64,000 bases of DNA from Octopus bimaculoides (Eukaryota): positions 8,843,758 to 8,907,757 of the forward strand of contig NC_068985.1 in assembly GCF_001194135.2 (NCBI RefSeq). The letters run 5' to 3'. The translations under genes and the position numbers were made by a program. This document shows, in pieces, positions 40,111 to 52,505 of this stretch. Each line of letters starts with the position of its first letter. The stretch's first letter is position 1. The notes beneath the pieces were generated by a model. It made no database searches. It saw nothing but the letters and a program-made list of their open reading frames with translations, and was not told the origin of the DNA.

Positions 40111-40537
40111 GATATATATATATATATACGTTCGAACCTCCCTCCCTGCGCTCCATCATATGTAGTAGTGTGTTTCTCCCAGCAGAGCCAAAACCGTGGT
40201 TTCATCTAAGCTCTTTCCCTGCCAGAAAAATATATAAAAGCTTTTGCGTTGAGTTTTCTTGTAGTGTTGTGATGTTCACTTGAAATGTTAACTCTTGGTT
40301 ATTAATTGCCGAAGTTTATCGCGTGTGGCTGATCTTCAGGACCTAATCTGGTAATCCCATGATTATAGTCAGTACGTTCGAGCATTCTAATCTAATCTGA
40401 GTAATGGATTCTTTTATCTTTTTGTTATGCCTGATACGATGTCAACCAACCGTGACTCGGGACATTTGTATCCCTAAGCCTTATACATCCATTTAGGCGT
40501 GGTACTGAGTCGAGACGGCACCTAATTGGCAAGGGAT

Positions 40538-40538
40538 T

Positions 40539-40600
<62 letters not shown>
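40538..40600. repeat. (AGAT)n microsatellite
   Basis: Directly visible. Confidence 0.95.
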
Positions 40601-40601
<1 letters not shown>

Positions 40602-41542
40602 TGGTGGACAGATGGACATACAAAGACATACTTAAAGGAGAATCGGGATAAATTGGATTTTCAGAAAGAGAAATCAACTGGCAATTTCGTACATTACAAG
40701 TGCAATCTGTGAGTAGAACAGTAAAAATATGCAAGACTTTTCTCAAGTTCCAAATGTGAATTTGTCTGTGTTAACTACATCCCAAAGATGGAACATTGTT
40801 TCTTTATTGGAAACCGGTTCCCTCCGCAGAGGAAGATTTCTAATAATTAAAAAGTAGAAGAGACATACATACAACAAAAGTGTGTGATGCATGTATGTGT
40901 ATGTATGTGTGTTTTTTTTGTGTATGTGTATATATATTGCTGTATAACTGTGTGCGAATGGTTGTATCAAAGAATAAATACGAGTATTTCGTTATGTTTA
41001 CTTTTTATACAAACGCGTGATTTCTAACGTACCAGTGGAATTTTACTGAGCTGACATTTAGAACAATCACGTTATCGACCGACTGTTCATCTAAGGAATG
41101 TTAGGTTATTCCTACAACTAGAATGAATTATCCAACGAGATGGATTTTGACAGCAAACAGAAGAGGAAGATCACATAACACACTGGGATGCGTCTGATTT
41201 AGATAATTCTGTATAAGAATATATATATGGTAATCTGAACTGATTCTCTTAGAGGATGTAAGTACATCAGAAACATTATTTTTTCTAATGATATTTGCTC
41301 TTAGGTAATACGTACACATACATGTTGTGCGTTCAAGAAAGTTGACTACAGAACGGGTTGCTACGGGAGGTTTACGCAGTACATGGAGATAAACCAGTAG
41401 TTGTTGACATGGATTGATTTTTACAGAACTTGATGAAACAATTGTAAAATAATAAATGTTAATAACTAATTCCATTCTTTGGTATTATTTTATTGTGTGT
41501 GTGTATGTGTGTGTGTGCGTGTGCGTGTGTGTGCGTGTGTGT

Positions 41543-41850
41543 GTGATGTGCGGCTTAGTGGTTAGGGTATTCGGCATACGATCGCATGGTTCTGAGTTTG
41601 ATTCACCAGGGCGCGTTGTGCCCTTGAGAGAGAGCGTCATTTCACTCTCCTCGAGTCCACTCATCTCGCAAAAATTGACTTGTGCCTATAAGGGCCAACC
41701 TTGTCACTTACGGTTTCACACTGAATCTCTCGGAGAGTTACGTTAAGGGAAGACATGTCCATGAAGTGATCAGCCATTTCCACCTTCATTTCACGAGCAG
41801 GCTGTTCTGTCGAGCGGATGAACTGCAACATTGGTTGTTGTAACCGACGA
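41543..41850 (+). mobile_element. SINE family C-related copy, diverged
   Basis: tRNA-like head ggcttagtggttagggtattc..gagtttgattcacc; body ccttgtcact..cactgaatctctcggagagttacgttaaggg..ttcacgagcaggctgtt shared with 5358-5782. Confidence 0.8.
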
Positions 41851-41923
41851 AATGCGTTATATATATATATGTGTGTGAGTATATATATATATATTGGAAG
41901 TTTTGGAGGTGATGTACAGGAAT

Positions 41924-42242
41924 TATATATTAGAAAAAATAATCGGGTACTCAGATATCTGGATGGTTGTATATTTACAGATTTTTATTAATATGTCATG
42001 TTTTATAAATATTTGCGCTTGAACCTATTCTTGTAGGGTTTTCAAATTTTGATTTCACTTTCAGAGGATGTCTCTTTTTATAGTATTATTCTATAAAAAG
42101 AAACATCCTCTGAAAATGAAATAAAAATTTGAAAACCCTACAAGAGAATAGGTGCAAGCGCTAATTTATAAACCATGTGACATTTGAATAAAAATCTGTA
42201 AATGTACAACCATCCAGATATCTGAGTACCTGATTCTTTTTC

Positions 42243-42252
<10 letters not shown>
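41924..42252. repeat. ~330-bp imperfect palindrome (fold-back)
   Basis: Arm 41924-42083 is the reverse complement of arm 42091-42252 with scattered mismatches and small indels; 7-nt loop TATTATT. Confidence 0.95.
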
Positions 42253-42285
<33 letters not shown>

Positions 42286-43240
42286 ACTTGTTTTGCTTAT
42301 TACTTAATTTTTATTTACTGAGTTCTCCCTTCAATAATAATACGAATAATAATCTTTATTTAAGTAACTTCAAATCTCGTTATTTCTAAAGAACTATTGA
42401 TATTTTGATATCCATATTATAGTCTAATCCTATATCTATGGGGCATTTTTGTAATAGTGTTTTATAGCTCTAAATGTATCTTCATATTTATTATGGAATT
42501 CTCCCTACGATAAATTGAGAAAAACAAAGGAAATTTTTGTTAAGTTTCTATGCATATTTATTGAGGGAATTCTCTCTCCGATAAACAATAAATCTAGAAC
42601 ACTTTTATTAGTTACTTCAAAAAACTTTTTTATATCAATAAATTTAAATAAATAGAAGATTTATTATATATTAAAAAAAATAATTATCATTTAAATCTTT
42701 TTACACGTTTTATTACAGTTTATAGATTAAGTAAGACCCTGATACTTAATCATATACATATATATTATTGTTGTATAATAGCAAAAGATTGTCTTGAGAT
42801 ATATAGATATATATTTCGATAGTTGTATATTCTACTTAATTGTTTTGTCCGTTATGATTTTGTTTTTTGTTTTTTTATTTTTAATGTAAGTGATATGTAG
42901 TTGAATGGCTAACGTTCATGCTCATAATATATAGGCATCTGAATTAATTTTTTCACAACCCAGCAATACTTTCATAAGGAATTTCGTTTGTCTTCACACC
43001 AATACCCTGATGTGACGTATATATACAGGAAATGAATTGTTTATATATTAAAAGATGCATATAAGTCGAAACAAATTGTTGGCATTTTTGGTTGTTTAAA
43101 TAATTGGTTATGTTATATTATATTCATTGCATATTATTTTATATTATAATATAAATAGATTATTTGATTGTCAATTGTATCTCTCTAAATTATTGTTTGT
43201 AATTTATATGTATATACATATATATATAAATATATATATG

Positions 43241-43283
<43 letters not shown>

Positions 43284-44699
43284 TATGTATATAGATACAT
43301 ATATATGCACACATATATGTACATGTATGTACGTGTCTGTGTACGCATGTATGTATGTGCCTATGTAAAAGCATATGTATATGTATATATACATGTGTGT
43401 ATGTATAGATAGGTAGAGAGAGAGAGGGATAGACGAGTATATCTCTCACGAAAATGTTCAGTGCTTTCTTTAACAGATCGAGTACTTGATTGTGTAGAGA
43501 CTAGGAACATTTTTCTTTCGTCTTCCTTTGGACAGCCACGTAATCTATATTGATTTAATACCCTCTACGATATCAACCGTAAGACGTAAAATATAGTTTC
43601 ATCTATTTACCATGAATTCATGTTCAGAATATTTCAATCTACCTCGTTGGTTCATATGTTACGTCAATGATATTCTCTGGGTGATGTATCATATATATAT
43701 TTGTATTTTTCTTTTAACATTCCTCTCAGCCATTCTTGTCACCGCATTGGGTATCTGATTTCCTCAACAGGTTTTTGGTTTCTTTTCACATCAATAGCTG
43801 CTCGGTTTTGAGCCACTTAAATTCCTTTCTTTTTAGGTTCCACCAATACACTCATGACACTTTGAACTCCATGTCTTCGTCTTTATTGCTTGTTTCTTCT
43901 TTATTTATTTTGATTATTTCTCTCAACACAATATCATGGTTCATAGAGAGGTAACACATTGAGGACATAGGCTTATAATAGACAATCCTAGACGACACTG
44001 TAGTTAATCTGTTAAGTATTAGTTTAATAGAACTTAAATTTGTTGACCATCGAAACTTTGGTAGAATTTGGGTAGAAGCTGCGTGTTTGGATTCTAGGTT
44101 TAGTCCTGAATTACACAGACCCAATCCTCAAAGAGGAAATGTAATTTTGTCGGTACAGACATTTAGCAGACATTTTGTAGATTTATTTTCTGAATAAGGG
44201 GAGAAGGTGAGGAGATGGGAAGGTGGGTAAGTGGTGAGCTTCGAATTTCAAGCAGCTTCGTTTGTACATGATATATTGGTTTTGTTTTTAATTGTATTAG
44301 AAGCTATTAGCGGATGTTCCTGGTGCGGAAGAGCTGCAATGCTTTGTTTGTTTGTTTTTTTCTTCATACCTCATCATATCAAATTAACTGTCTAAATAAA
44401 GATTTGTAACTTGGGCTAAATTTATATGATGAAGAAGAATAGTGGATGAAAACGTCGAAGGAATGGAAGAATGAATATAAAACACAGAAGACAGAGTACC
44501 GAATAAACCTGACAATATCCCTTTAAAAGATATTACTGTAGCTGTTAGAAAACCTCATCAACCACGCAACAGAGATGTCGTCTGTATGTTACATTACTAC
44601 ACGAGATATAGCGAACAAGTATCGATACCTCTAGTTAGTTAATAAAGGCTTTATCGTAAAAAGAGACATTATCACAATCTATTAGAATTATTCTTAAAC

Positions 44700-44850
44700 C
44701 TGTCTCAGTCATTAAGTTGTAGCCATGCTGGAGCACCGTCTTCTTATGAATATTTTACAAATCAACACTTGTAGCTATTTAAAACATGTTACGTATTCTA
44801 TTACTCTCTTTTTGCCGACATAAGTTATTAATCTGTGGGTGACAAACACA
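44700..44850 (-). mobile_element. SINE family A tail fragment, diverged
   Basis: tcagtcattaagttgtagccatgctggagcaccg...ttttgccgac...gacaaacac. Confidence 0.65.
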
Positions 44851-44882
44851 CGCGCACACAGACACGCGTGCACGGACGCACA

Positions 44883-44930
<48 letters not shown>

Positions 44931-44959
44931 CACATACAAACACACTTACACACACAGAT

Positions 44960-44990
<31 letters not shown>

Positions 44991-45252
44991 NNNNNNNNNN
45001 NNNNNNNNNNNNNNNNNNNNNNNNNNNNNNNNNNNNNNNNNNNNNNNNNNNNNNNNNNNNNNNNNNNNNNNNNNNNNNNNNNNNNNNNNNNNNNNNNNNN
45101 NNNNNNNNNNNNNNNNNNNNNNNNNNNNNNNNNNNNNNNNNNNNNNNNNNNNNNNNNNNNNNNNNNNNNNNNNNNNNNNNNNNNNNNNNNNNNNNNNNNN
45201 NNNNNNNNNNNNNNNNNNNNNNNNNNNNNNNNNNNNNNNNNNNNNNNNNNNN

Positions 45253-45308
<56 letters not shown>

Positions 45309-45624
45309 AAAGGAAAGCAGCTAGTCGTAAAATCTCAATGACATGAGAGTAGTAACTATACTAACAAGTAAAGTTAGTCGCCACATCAATATGGCTGTTC
45401 AATGTTACAACTAGTTTTACCCGGAGCAGATCTTCCGTCAGCTGGTTATAGGTGCGGTCTGTACCCTGTATATATATTGCAAGCAGGGAAGCAGACTCTT
45501 ACCACCTACCAGCAGATGACAGGATCGCGAGACTTATTCGGTTTCGAGACCGATGGCCACTTTGTTTTCTATGTATTGATTGTTGAAGCAGAATCTGGCA
45601 ATCTCTCTAACGACGCGTGTTCAC

Positions 45625-45848
45625 GACTGAGCGGAATTGAACTTAGGACGTGAAGACGGATGAAATACCGCTAAACATTTTGCTCGGATTCTATCAGCTA
45701 ACGATTCTATCAGCTCACCGCCTTAATAATTCTTTCTGCCAAAGGCACTAGGCCTGAAATTTGGCAGAGGGGCGGGTCCAGTCGATTACATCGACCCTAG
45801 TTCGCAACTGGTACTTAATTATCGACCCTGAACGAATGAAAGGCAAAT
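45625..45848 (-). mobile_element. Two adjacent SINE family B fragments
   Basis: Head portion 45625-45724 followed by the tail and body of a second copy 45740-45848. Confidence 0.8.
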
Positions 45849-46930
45849 TGTATTTTAAACGAAAGATTCGTTAAGATAAGCTTTGCATTTATTTTCAATA
45901 ATATTATTAAATGTTTTTCTGTTATTTCTTGGTGAAACAAGTATGTTTATATAAATTCATTTAATATTTCTGTTAGTTTATATTCTGATAAACGTAAAGT
46001 TGATAATGTCACGTTTATAATTTTAGTTTAACCTAAAACTTAGATATGATAAGTATTACATTTATTCTTAATAATATTGTTAAACATTTTCGATCGATTT
46101 ATTTTCATCGATTTTATTTTATATTATTTTCTATTTGAAAATTTGGTTATGAAACACGTGTAGTCGTTTTATTATTTTAATGATTAATAAGTTCGTACTT
46201 TATTATAGTTCTTTTTAGTGTATTTACTTATTAAATTTTTCTATATGTGACAGTCGATTTTCATGGATGAGTTCATGAACTTTGGTTCTTTTCTCTAAAT
46301 TATATATTTATATATTATATACTGTAAAACTTAATTCAATTTTAATTTTTGATAAATTGAATTTAATTGAGTTTTTACCTGTAAATTTGGATTTTTATCC
46401 CTAACATTATTATCATATATACGATGGGCTGCTTTTCAGTTTCTGTCAACCAAATCCACTANNNNNNNNNNNNNNNNNNNNNNNNNNNNNNNNNNNNNNN
46501 NNNNNNNNNNNNNNNNNNNNNNNNNNNNNNNNNNNNNNNNNNNNNNNNNNNNNNNNNNNNNNNNNNNNNNNNNNNNNNNNNNNNNNNNNNNNNNNNNNNN
46601 NNNNNNNNNNNNNNNNNNNNNNNNNNNNNNNNNNNNNNNNNNNNNNNNNNNNNNNNNNNNNNNNNNNNNNNNNNNNNNNNNNNNNNNNNNNNNNNNNNNN
46701 NNNNNNNNNNNNNNNNNNNNNNNNNNNNNNNNNNNNNNNNNNNNNNNNNNNNNNNNNNNNNNNNNNNNNNNNNNNNNNNNNNNNNNNNNNNNNNNCGAGA
46801 AAAATTGTTTGTGTATGAACGCTGTGAGACACGAACTTGAAAGTAGGGACAAAGTGGTTCGCGTGTTAGCTCGGCGACAGCCAAGGAAGGAAAGGATTAT
46901 TGACCGGAAGCATGTGACCATGCCGGTGTA

Positions 46931-47260
46931 AGGGGAAGAGAGAGAGTGGCAGAGGGAGAAACAAAGGGAGGAAGTAGAAGAATAGGTGAGCAACGAGAGG
47001 AAAAGAGAAAGAGAGGAAGTACGAGGGGGAAAAAAGAGATACGTAGTAGTAACAGAGGAAGAACGAGAGGGGTAAAGCGAGATACGTAGTAGTAGAGGGG
47101 AAGAGAGAGAGTGGTAGAGGGAGAAACAAAGGGAGGTAATAGAAGAATAGGTGAGCAACGAAAGGAAAAGAGAAGAGAAGAAGTACAAGGGGGAAAAAAG
47201 ATATACGTAGTAGTAACAGAGGAAGAACGAGAGGGGTAAAGTGAGATACGTAGTAGTAAA
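46931..47260. repeat. Purine-rich tandem repeat, two 165-bp units
   Basis: Units start aggggaagagagagagtgg at 46931 and 47096; internal sub-repeat gatacgtagtagta. Confidence 0.9.
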
Positions 47261-47971
47261 GAGGAAGAACGAGGGGGGGGATGAAGGAGGAAGAGAAAGA
47301 GAAAGAGATAGAGTAGCGTCGGAAAATATGAAGTTACGAAAAACTACTTACAATTGGAGACGCTGCATTCAATCATGTAAAAACAAACAGTAAATGAGTA
47401 TATGCATATATACGTACAGGTATGTGCATACCGACATCCACCTGTATGTATAGGTGCATATCTGGGTACAGGACATTGCAAACAAAACAGAGACGAAAAA
47501 CACACAAGCCACATAGAGAACATTCTACTTCATCAGCTANNNNNNNNNNNNNNNNNNNNNNNNNNNNNNNNNNNNNNNNNNNNNNNNNNNNNNNNNNNNN
47601 NNNNNNNNNNNNNNNNNNNNNNNNNNNNNNNNNNNNNNNNNNNNNNNNNNNNNNNNNNNNNNNNNNNNNNNNNNNNNNNNNNNNNNNNNNNNNNNNNNNN
47701 NNNNNNNNNNNNNNNNNNNNNNNNNNNNNNNNNNNNNNNNNNNNNNNNNNNNNNNNNNNNNNNNNNNNNNNNNNNNNNNNNNNNNNNNNNNNNNNNNNNN
47801 NNNNNNNNNNNNNNNNNNNNNNNNNNNNNNNNNNNNNNNNNNNNNNNNNNNNNNNNNNNNNNNNNNGTGAGACACGAACTTGAAAGTAGGGACAAAGTGG
47901 TTCGCGTGTTAGCTCGGCGACAGCCAAGGAAGGAAACGATTATTGATATATATATATATATATATATATAT

Positions 47972-48180
47972 GGAACAGCATATGAATCGTTGGCAATTTC
48001 CTTCCTCGATCTTCCTTTCTATTGGACTTTCCTCTGTTTCTGAAGAAGAACTTTGCTCGAAACGTTAAACCATCTGTCTTTCCTTCCCCGAACGTCTACT
48101 AATACTTTACATGCCCCACGTGCATGCATTTTTGTTTTTTTGTGTGTTTGTTCTTCTTTTTGGGGTATTTACTATATATA
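47972..48180 (+). mobile_element. Short PLE-pLTR-like element with hammerhead-like motif
   Basis: GTTT-CTGAAGA-agaactttgctc-GAAAC-GTT-AAAC at 48036-48070. Downstream gaacgtctactaatac resembles gagcgtcatactaatac of the 32125 element. Abuts a (TA)n tract. Confidence 0.55.
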
Positions 48181-48604
48181 AATATTAAATTATATTATAT
48201 TATATTATATTATGTTATATTATATATTATATTATATTATATGTTATGGCGTGTGCATAAATTAAAAGCAAATGGCGTACAAAATTCACGATGGCTGTTA
48301 TGGAAAAATTTTATTCAATGCAGTCATAAAAGATCACATTATAATATATTATCCGCCATTTTCATATAGCATTTTAAACAGGTAAGACCTTAAACATTTA
48401 CCTGGACATAGCCAACATTCATTGGACGTGTCTACCAAAACAGCTGTCTTAAATTTTAAACGTCATTTGGGTTTACTTCTTACACCTGTGATATATATAC
48501 CAAATCAAATTTAATTTCTATGGCTTAAATTAGATTTGGTACTTGCATATCTACGGTATCCTACCATCACTTGATGTATTCAATGTTGTTTCTTTCAAAG
48601 TGAA

Positions 48605-48666
48605 CTATACAGACATAAATAGACAGACAAAGAAATAAACAGATAGATAGATAGACAGACAGACAT

Positions 48667-48755
<89 letters not shown>

Positions 48756-48794
48756 CAGGCAGACAGATATAGATAGAGAGAGAGAGAGAGAGAC

Positions 48795-48889
<95 letters not shown>

Positions 48890-48890
48890 C
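48605..48890. repeat. Compound (AGAC)/(AGAT)/(AG) microsatellite
   Basis: Directly visible. Confidence 0.95.
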
Positions 48891-49949
48891 TGCACTCTTG
48901 GTTGTATTCTTTTAGTTCATTATATTAATCTACTGTGTTTGTAGTGAGTGATTTTCAAGATCTACTACCCTAGTATTTTAGCTATTTTTAACTAGATTGT
49001 CCTCTGGCAAATGTCTGTGATCATTATAATAGCAATGTTTGATGTTGCACTCTACAATCAAGCTACAGTTATTATTTCCTCATTTTGTCTTCTAACTAAC
49101 TTATTTTCAATTTATCTTATATAGACTAGATATTATTATTGGTGTAGTGGTTACATTGATGTCTACTAAATTTTCTCTTTTTAAAATTTCCCAGTATATA
49201 ACTAGATTAAACATGTAACGCGTCTTTGCATGTATCTCTCTTAAATATCATTTCTAAATGATTTTAGCCAGTTAATTTCAAGTATTTTAAGATGCGTACT
49301 ACACCTCATCATAAATTTCCTTTACTTAAATAGCATTAAATTATATCTCTCTCAACATTTTCCTCTTCATGAAGGCTTTACTCGAATTATATCCTCATAT
49401 ATTTTCCACAATCCAACACAGAATCTTTAATTGATCGCAATATCTTACATACAGCTTTATATATTGTCTCTACTCGCCATGAATCACAGCAAACTCAAAA
49501 CATTCGTATCCAAATCACAACTTATTCTTACACATTCTATTAACATTTAACTTTGTTTCATTGCTAACTTCGCGTATTAATGAGAGTCGATAATATCATT
49601 TGACGATGCAATCATTACCATTTCCGTTATTTCTTAAATTTACAGTCTTCTACTTACGATTTCTTCTTGTTTTTGTCTTCGGTTGTGAAAAGTCTTCATG
49701 CACAACCTTTCTGTGACTTGTATTTATGAGCTTCATTTTGAATGCAGCTCACCTGTTCGATTGTAATCGTTTAAATTTTTCCCCTGTCTATTTTGTTAAT
49801 CTTGCATTCTTTTATTCGTTACGTCTTAAACTAAGGCCGTTACGTGGGACATAAATAATAATAAGGACTGTCGAACTTACTTTACTGGTCGCTTAACAAC
49901 AAACAGATAAAACTCAACTGGGCTTAAAGGGACGTAACCTAGACTGATC

Positions 49950-50135
49950 GAAATATTGGCGCAATGCCAGCAATTTTAGGGGAAGGGGTTAAATCGATTA
50001 CATCGACCCCAATTCACGACTGGTACTTTTATTATCGATTTCGAAAGGAAGAAAGTCGAAGTTGATCTCGACGGAATTTTAACTAAGATCACAAAGAAGG
50101 ACTAAATACCGTAAGCATTTTGCCCAACGTGTGAA
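49950..50135 (-). mobile_element. SINE family B, diverged
   Basis: Reverse-orientation tail, body and partial head. Confidence 0.75.
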
Positions 50136-50239
50136 CTGATTGAAACTGGCAGTTTTTGTTCAATACATCGGTTTTTCCGTCGTGCACCGATATTTGCATT
50201 TACCATTTGTGTGCACGAACCCCTGCACACACACATATA

Positions 50240-50450
50240 CTTTTTTACTCTTTTACTTGTTTCAGTCATTTGACTGTGGCCATGCTGGAGCACCGACTTT
50301 AGTCGAGCAAATCGACCCCAGGATTTATTCTTTGTAAGCCTAGTACTTATTCTATCGGTATCTTATGCCGAACCGCTAAGATATGGGGACGTAAACAAAG
50401 CAGCATCGGTTGTCTCAAGCGATGTTGCGGGAACAAACAGAGACACACAA

Positions 50451-50496
<46 letters not shown>

Positions 50497-50513
50497 ACAC
50501 ATATATATATATG

Positions 50514-50545
<32 letters not shown>

Positions 50546-50710
50546 CGACGGGCTTCTTTCGGTTTCCGTCTACCAAATCCACTCACAAGGCTTTGGTCGG
50601 CCCGAGCCTCTAGTAGAAAACACTTGCCCAAGGTGCCATGCAGTGGGACTGAACCCGGAACCATGTGGTTGGTAATCAAGCTACTTACCACACAGCCACT
50701 CCTACACCTA
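50240..50710 (-). mobile_element. SINE family A, full length
   Basis: Tail, (CA)n(TA)n tract, body and head ending cacagccactcctacacc. Confidence 0.92.
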
Positions 50711-50779
50711 TAATCTAAATCTCTCAGAGAGATTTATGCAGTAGTGATACGATGAAGTAGTTGTATGCTGTCAACTTAA

Positions 50780-50968
50780 TGTGACAGTTCCCTGAAGGGA
50801 ATAATACTGCTGTTGGTTAGACCTAGGAAGCTGCACCGCTTCCTGTCGGCCTTGACACATTTCCTGTCTCCTTATGTTTACAAGAGGGAGACAAGCACCT
50901 CCACCCAGCTAAGCCTGCATCCAGAGACATGTTTCAGAGTCTTTGCTCGTCATCAGTCTGGAGTAACA
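50780..50968 (-). mobile_element. 189-bp TG...CA element with TTAA target duplication (retrozyme or solo LTR/pLTR candidate)
   Basis: TTAA|TGTGAC at 50776-50785 and GTAACA|TTAA at 50963-50972. GC-richer than its flanks; contains a hammerhead motif and three hairpins. Confidence 0.7.
50920..50962 (-). ncRNA. Type I minimal hammerhead ribozyme motif
   Basis: Minus strand TCCAGA-CTGATGA-CGAGCAAAGACTCT-GAAAC-AT-GTC-TCTGGA: perfect 6-bp stem I, full CUGAUGA/GAAA core, GUC cleavage triplet, palindromic ACAUGU stem III, stem II GAG/CUC with a C-U mismatch at its base. Confidence 0.75.
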
Positions 50969-51072
50969 TTAATAAGTACAAAACCTTACAGTGCACAGCA
51001 TTTAAAGAAATGGTGCTATAGCAAACGTTTAACAACCAAATACATTAAAAAGACAATATCAATGCTGAAGAA

Positions 51073-51500
51073 GGCGGCGAGCTAGCAGAAACGTTAGCAC
51101 GCCGGGCGAAATGATTAGCGATATTTCGTCTGCCTCTACGTTATGAGTTCAAATTCCGCCGAGGTCGACTTTGCCTTTCATCATTTCGGGGTCGATAAAT
51201 TAAGTACCAGTTACGCACTGGAGTCGATGTAATCGACTTAATCCCTTTGTCTGTCCTTGTTCGTCCCCTCTGTGTGTAGCCCCTTGTGGGCAGTCAAGAA
51301 ATAAGAAACGTTAGCACGCCGGGCGAAATGCTTGGCGGTATTTCGTCTGCCGCTACTTTCTGAGTTCAAATTCCGCCGAGGTCAAATTTGCCTTTCGTCC
51401 TTTCGGGGTCGATTAAATAAGTACCAGTTACGCACTGGTGTCGATCTACTCGACTGGCCCCCTCCCCCAAAATTTCGGGCCTTATACCTAGAATAGAAGA
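51073..51500 (+). mobile_element. Tandem dimer of SINE family B with two different tails
   Basis: Copy 1 ends ...gtagccccttgtgggcagtcaagaaataa; copy 2 starts directly at gaaacgttagcac and ends ...ccccaaaatttcgggccttatacctag. Confidence 0.9.
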
Positions 51501-52059
51501 GAATATTCATGCTGCAAAACCGAGTTACGGAAATCCAACTTTAAGTACAAAAAGGAACCTGGGAACTTGCTGAAATTTCTGGGAATTAAAGGAATTTATG
51601 TAACAAGATGAATGATCATCGCGTAGCTCTTTCATTAGTGATGTTTGAATAGAAAATGAGACGAAGAGAAGAAACTATTCTCTTTTCATTCGTTTAAGGT
51701 TTAGTGTGGTTCCACCATGTAAACGTACCAAATATGCCATGCATAAACAATAAGCATTCGGGACAACAGCTTCCACGATTCTTATTAGATTAGTGCAGAT
51801 AAATTCCAACATTCATCTTTATACGTGAAAGTAATTTATGATTAATAACATCATTAACAAAAATAAAAGAATAATTGTCATCGTTTATAATAGCGAGTGC
51901 AATAGGAAAATATCCAGCTGCAATAAATTATTTCATGATACAACCCAAGAGACAGATATATAGGCGTAGCTGTGTGAAAAGGAGTTTGCATCCCAAGCAA
52001 AAGGTTTCCCACTCAGTCCCACTATTTGACATCAACGGCAAGGGTCTTCTGCAACAGTC

Positions 52060-52310
52060 TCAAGCCGATCAAATGAGAAAATACGAGAACGGAGCAGAAT
52101 GAGCGATGTAATCGTAGAATCACACGACGCAACGTTCAAAGACAACCGCTGGACCCGTGCAGTTGCCGAGTGGTATCCAAGATATTGGAACAGGCTATTT
52201 GAAAGGCCTCTACACTGATGGGAGGGCGATCTAGTTGAGCAATTTTGATTAAAATGGTAAAGAATGGCACAATCAAAACAGAATTGAAAGCGCATTGTGA
52301 CCAGCGATGT
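52060..52310 (+). mobile_element. RTE-clade LINE C-terminal fragment
   Basis: NEKIRERSRMSDVIVES and DNRWTRAVAEWYPR..RP..*WEGD resemble the RTE tail (NE.IR.R....D....; DNRWT.....W.PR..KR..GRP..RW.D). Confidence 0.75.
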
Positions 52311-52369
52311 ATAACCTCATTTGATGGTCTGGTGAATACTGTGATACTGTGATATTTTATCTATTGTAA

Positions 52370-52505
52370 ACCCACCGAGATCAACCTTGCCTTTCGCCCT
52401 CTCGGAGTCGATCAATTAAGTACGAGTGGAGAACTGGAATCGATAAAATTGACTGGCCCATCCCCACAAGTGTTCAAGCCTTGTTCCTATAATAGAAAGA
52501 ATTAC
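52370..52505 (+). mobile_element. SINE family B-like body and tail fragment
   Basis: ccaccgagatcaaccttgcctttcgccctctcggagtcgatcaattaagtacgag. Confidence 0.7.

Noticed and set aside
40200-40520. Possible second REL-type retrotransposon fragment (minus; WDYQIRS-like)
   Set aside because: Too degraded to support.
42990-43075. CTGATGTGAC...GTCGAAAC hammerhead-like match; the AT-rich 42.3-44.2 kb region as decayed Penelope
   Set aside because: The core has A9 replaced and there is no stem III or cleavage triplet. Protein similarity (KCHECIGGT) is too faint to call.
50776-50972. piggyBac interpretation of the TTAA-flanked element
   Set aside because: The ends are TG...CA with only a 6-bp imperfect inversion, lacking the CCY-start TIRs of piggyBac.
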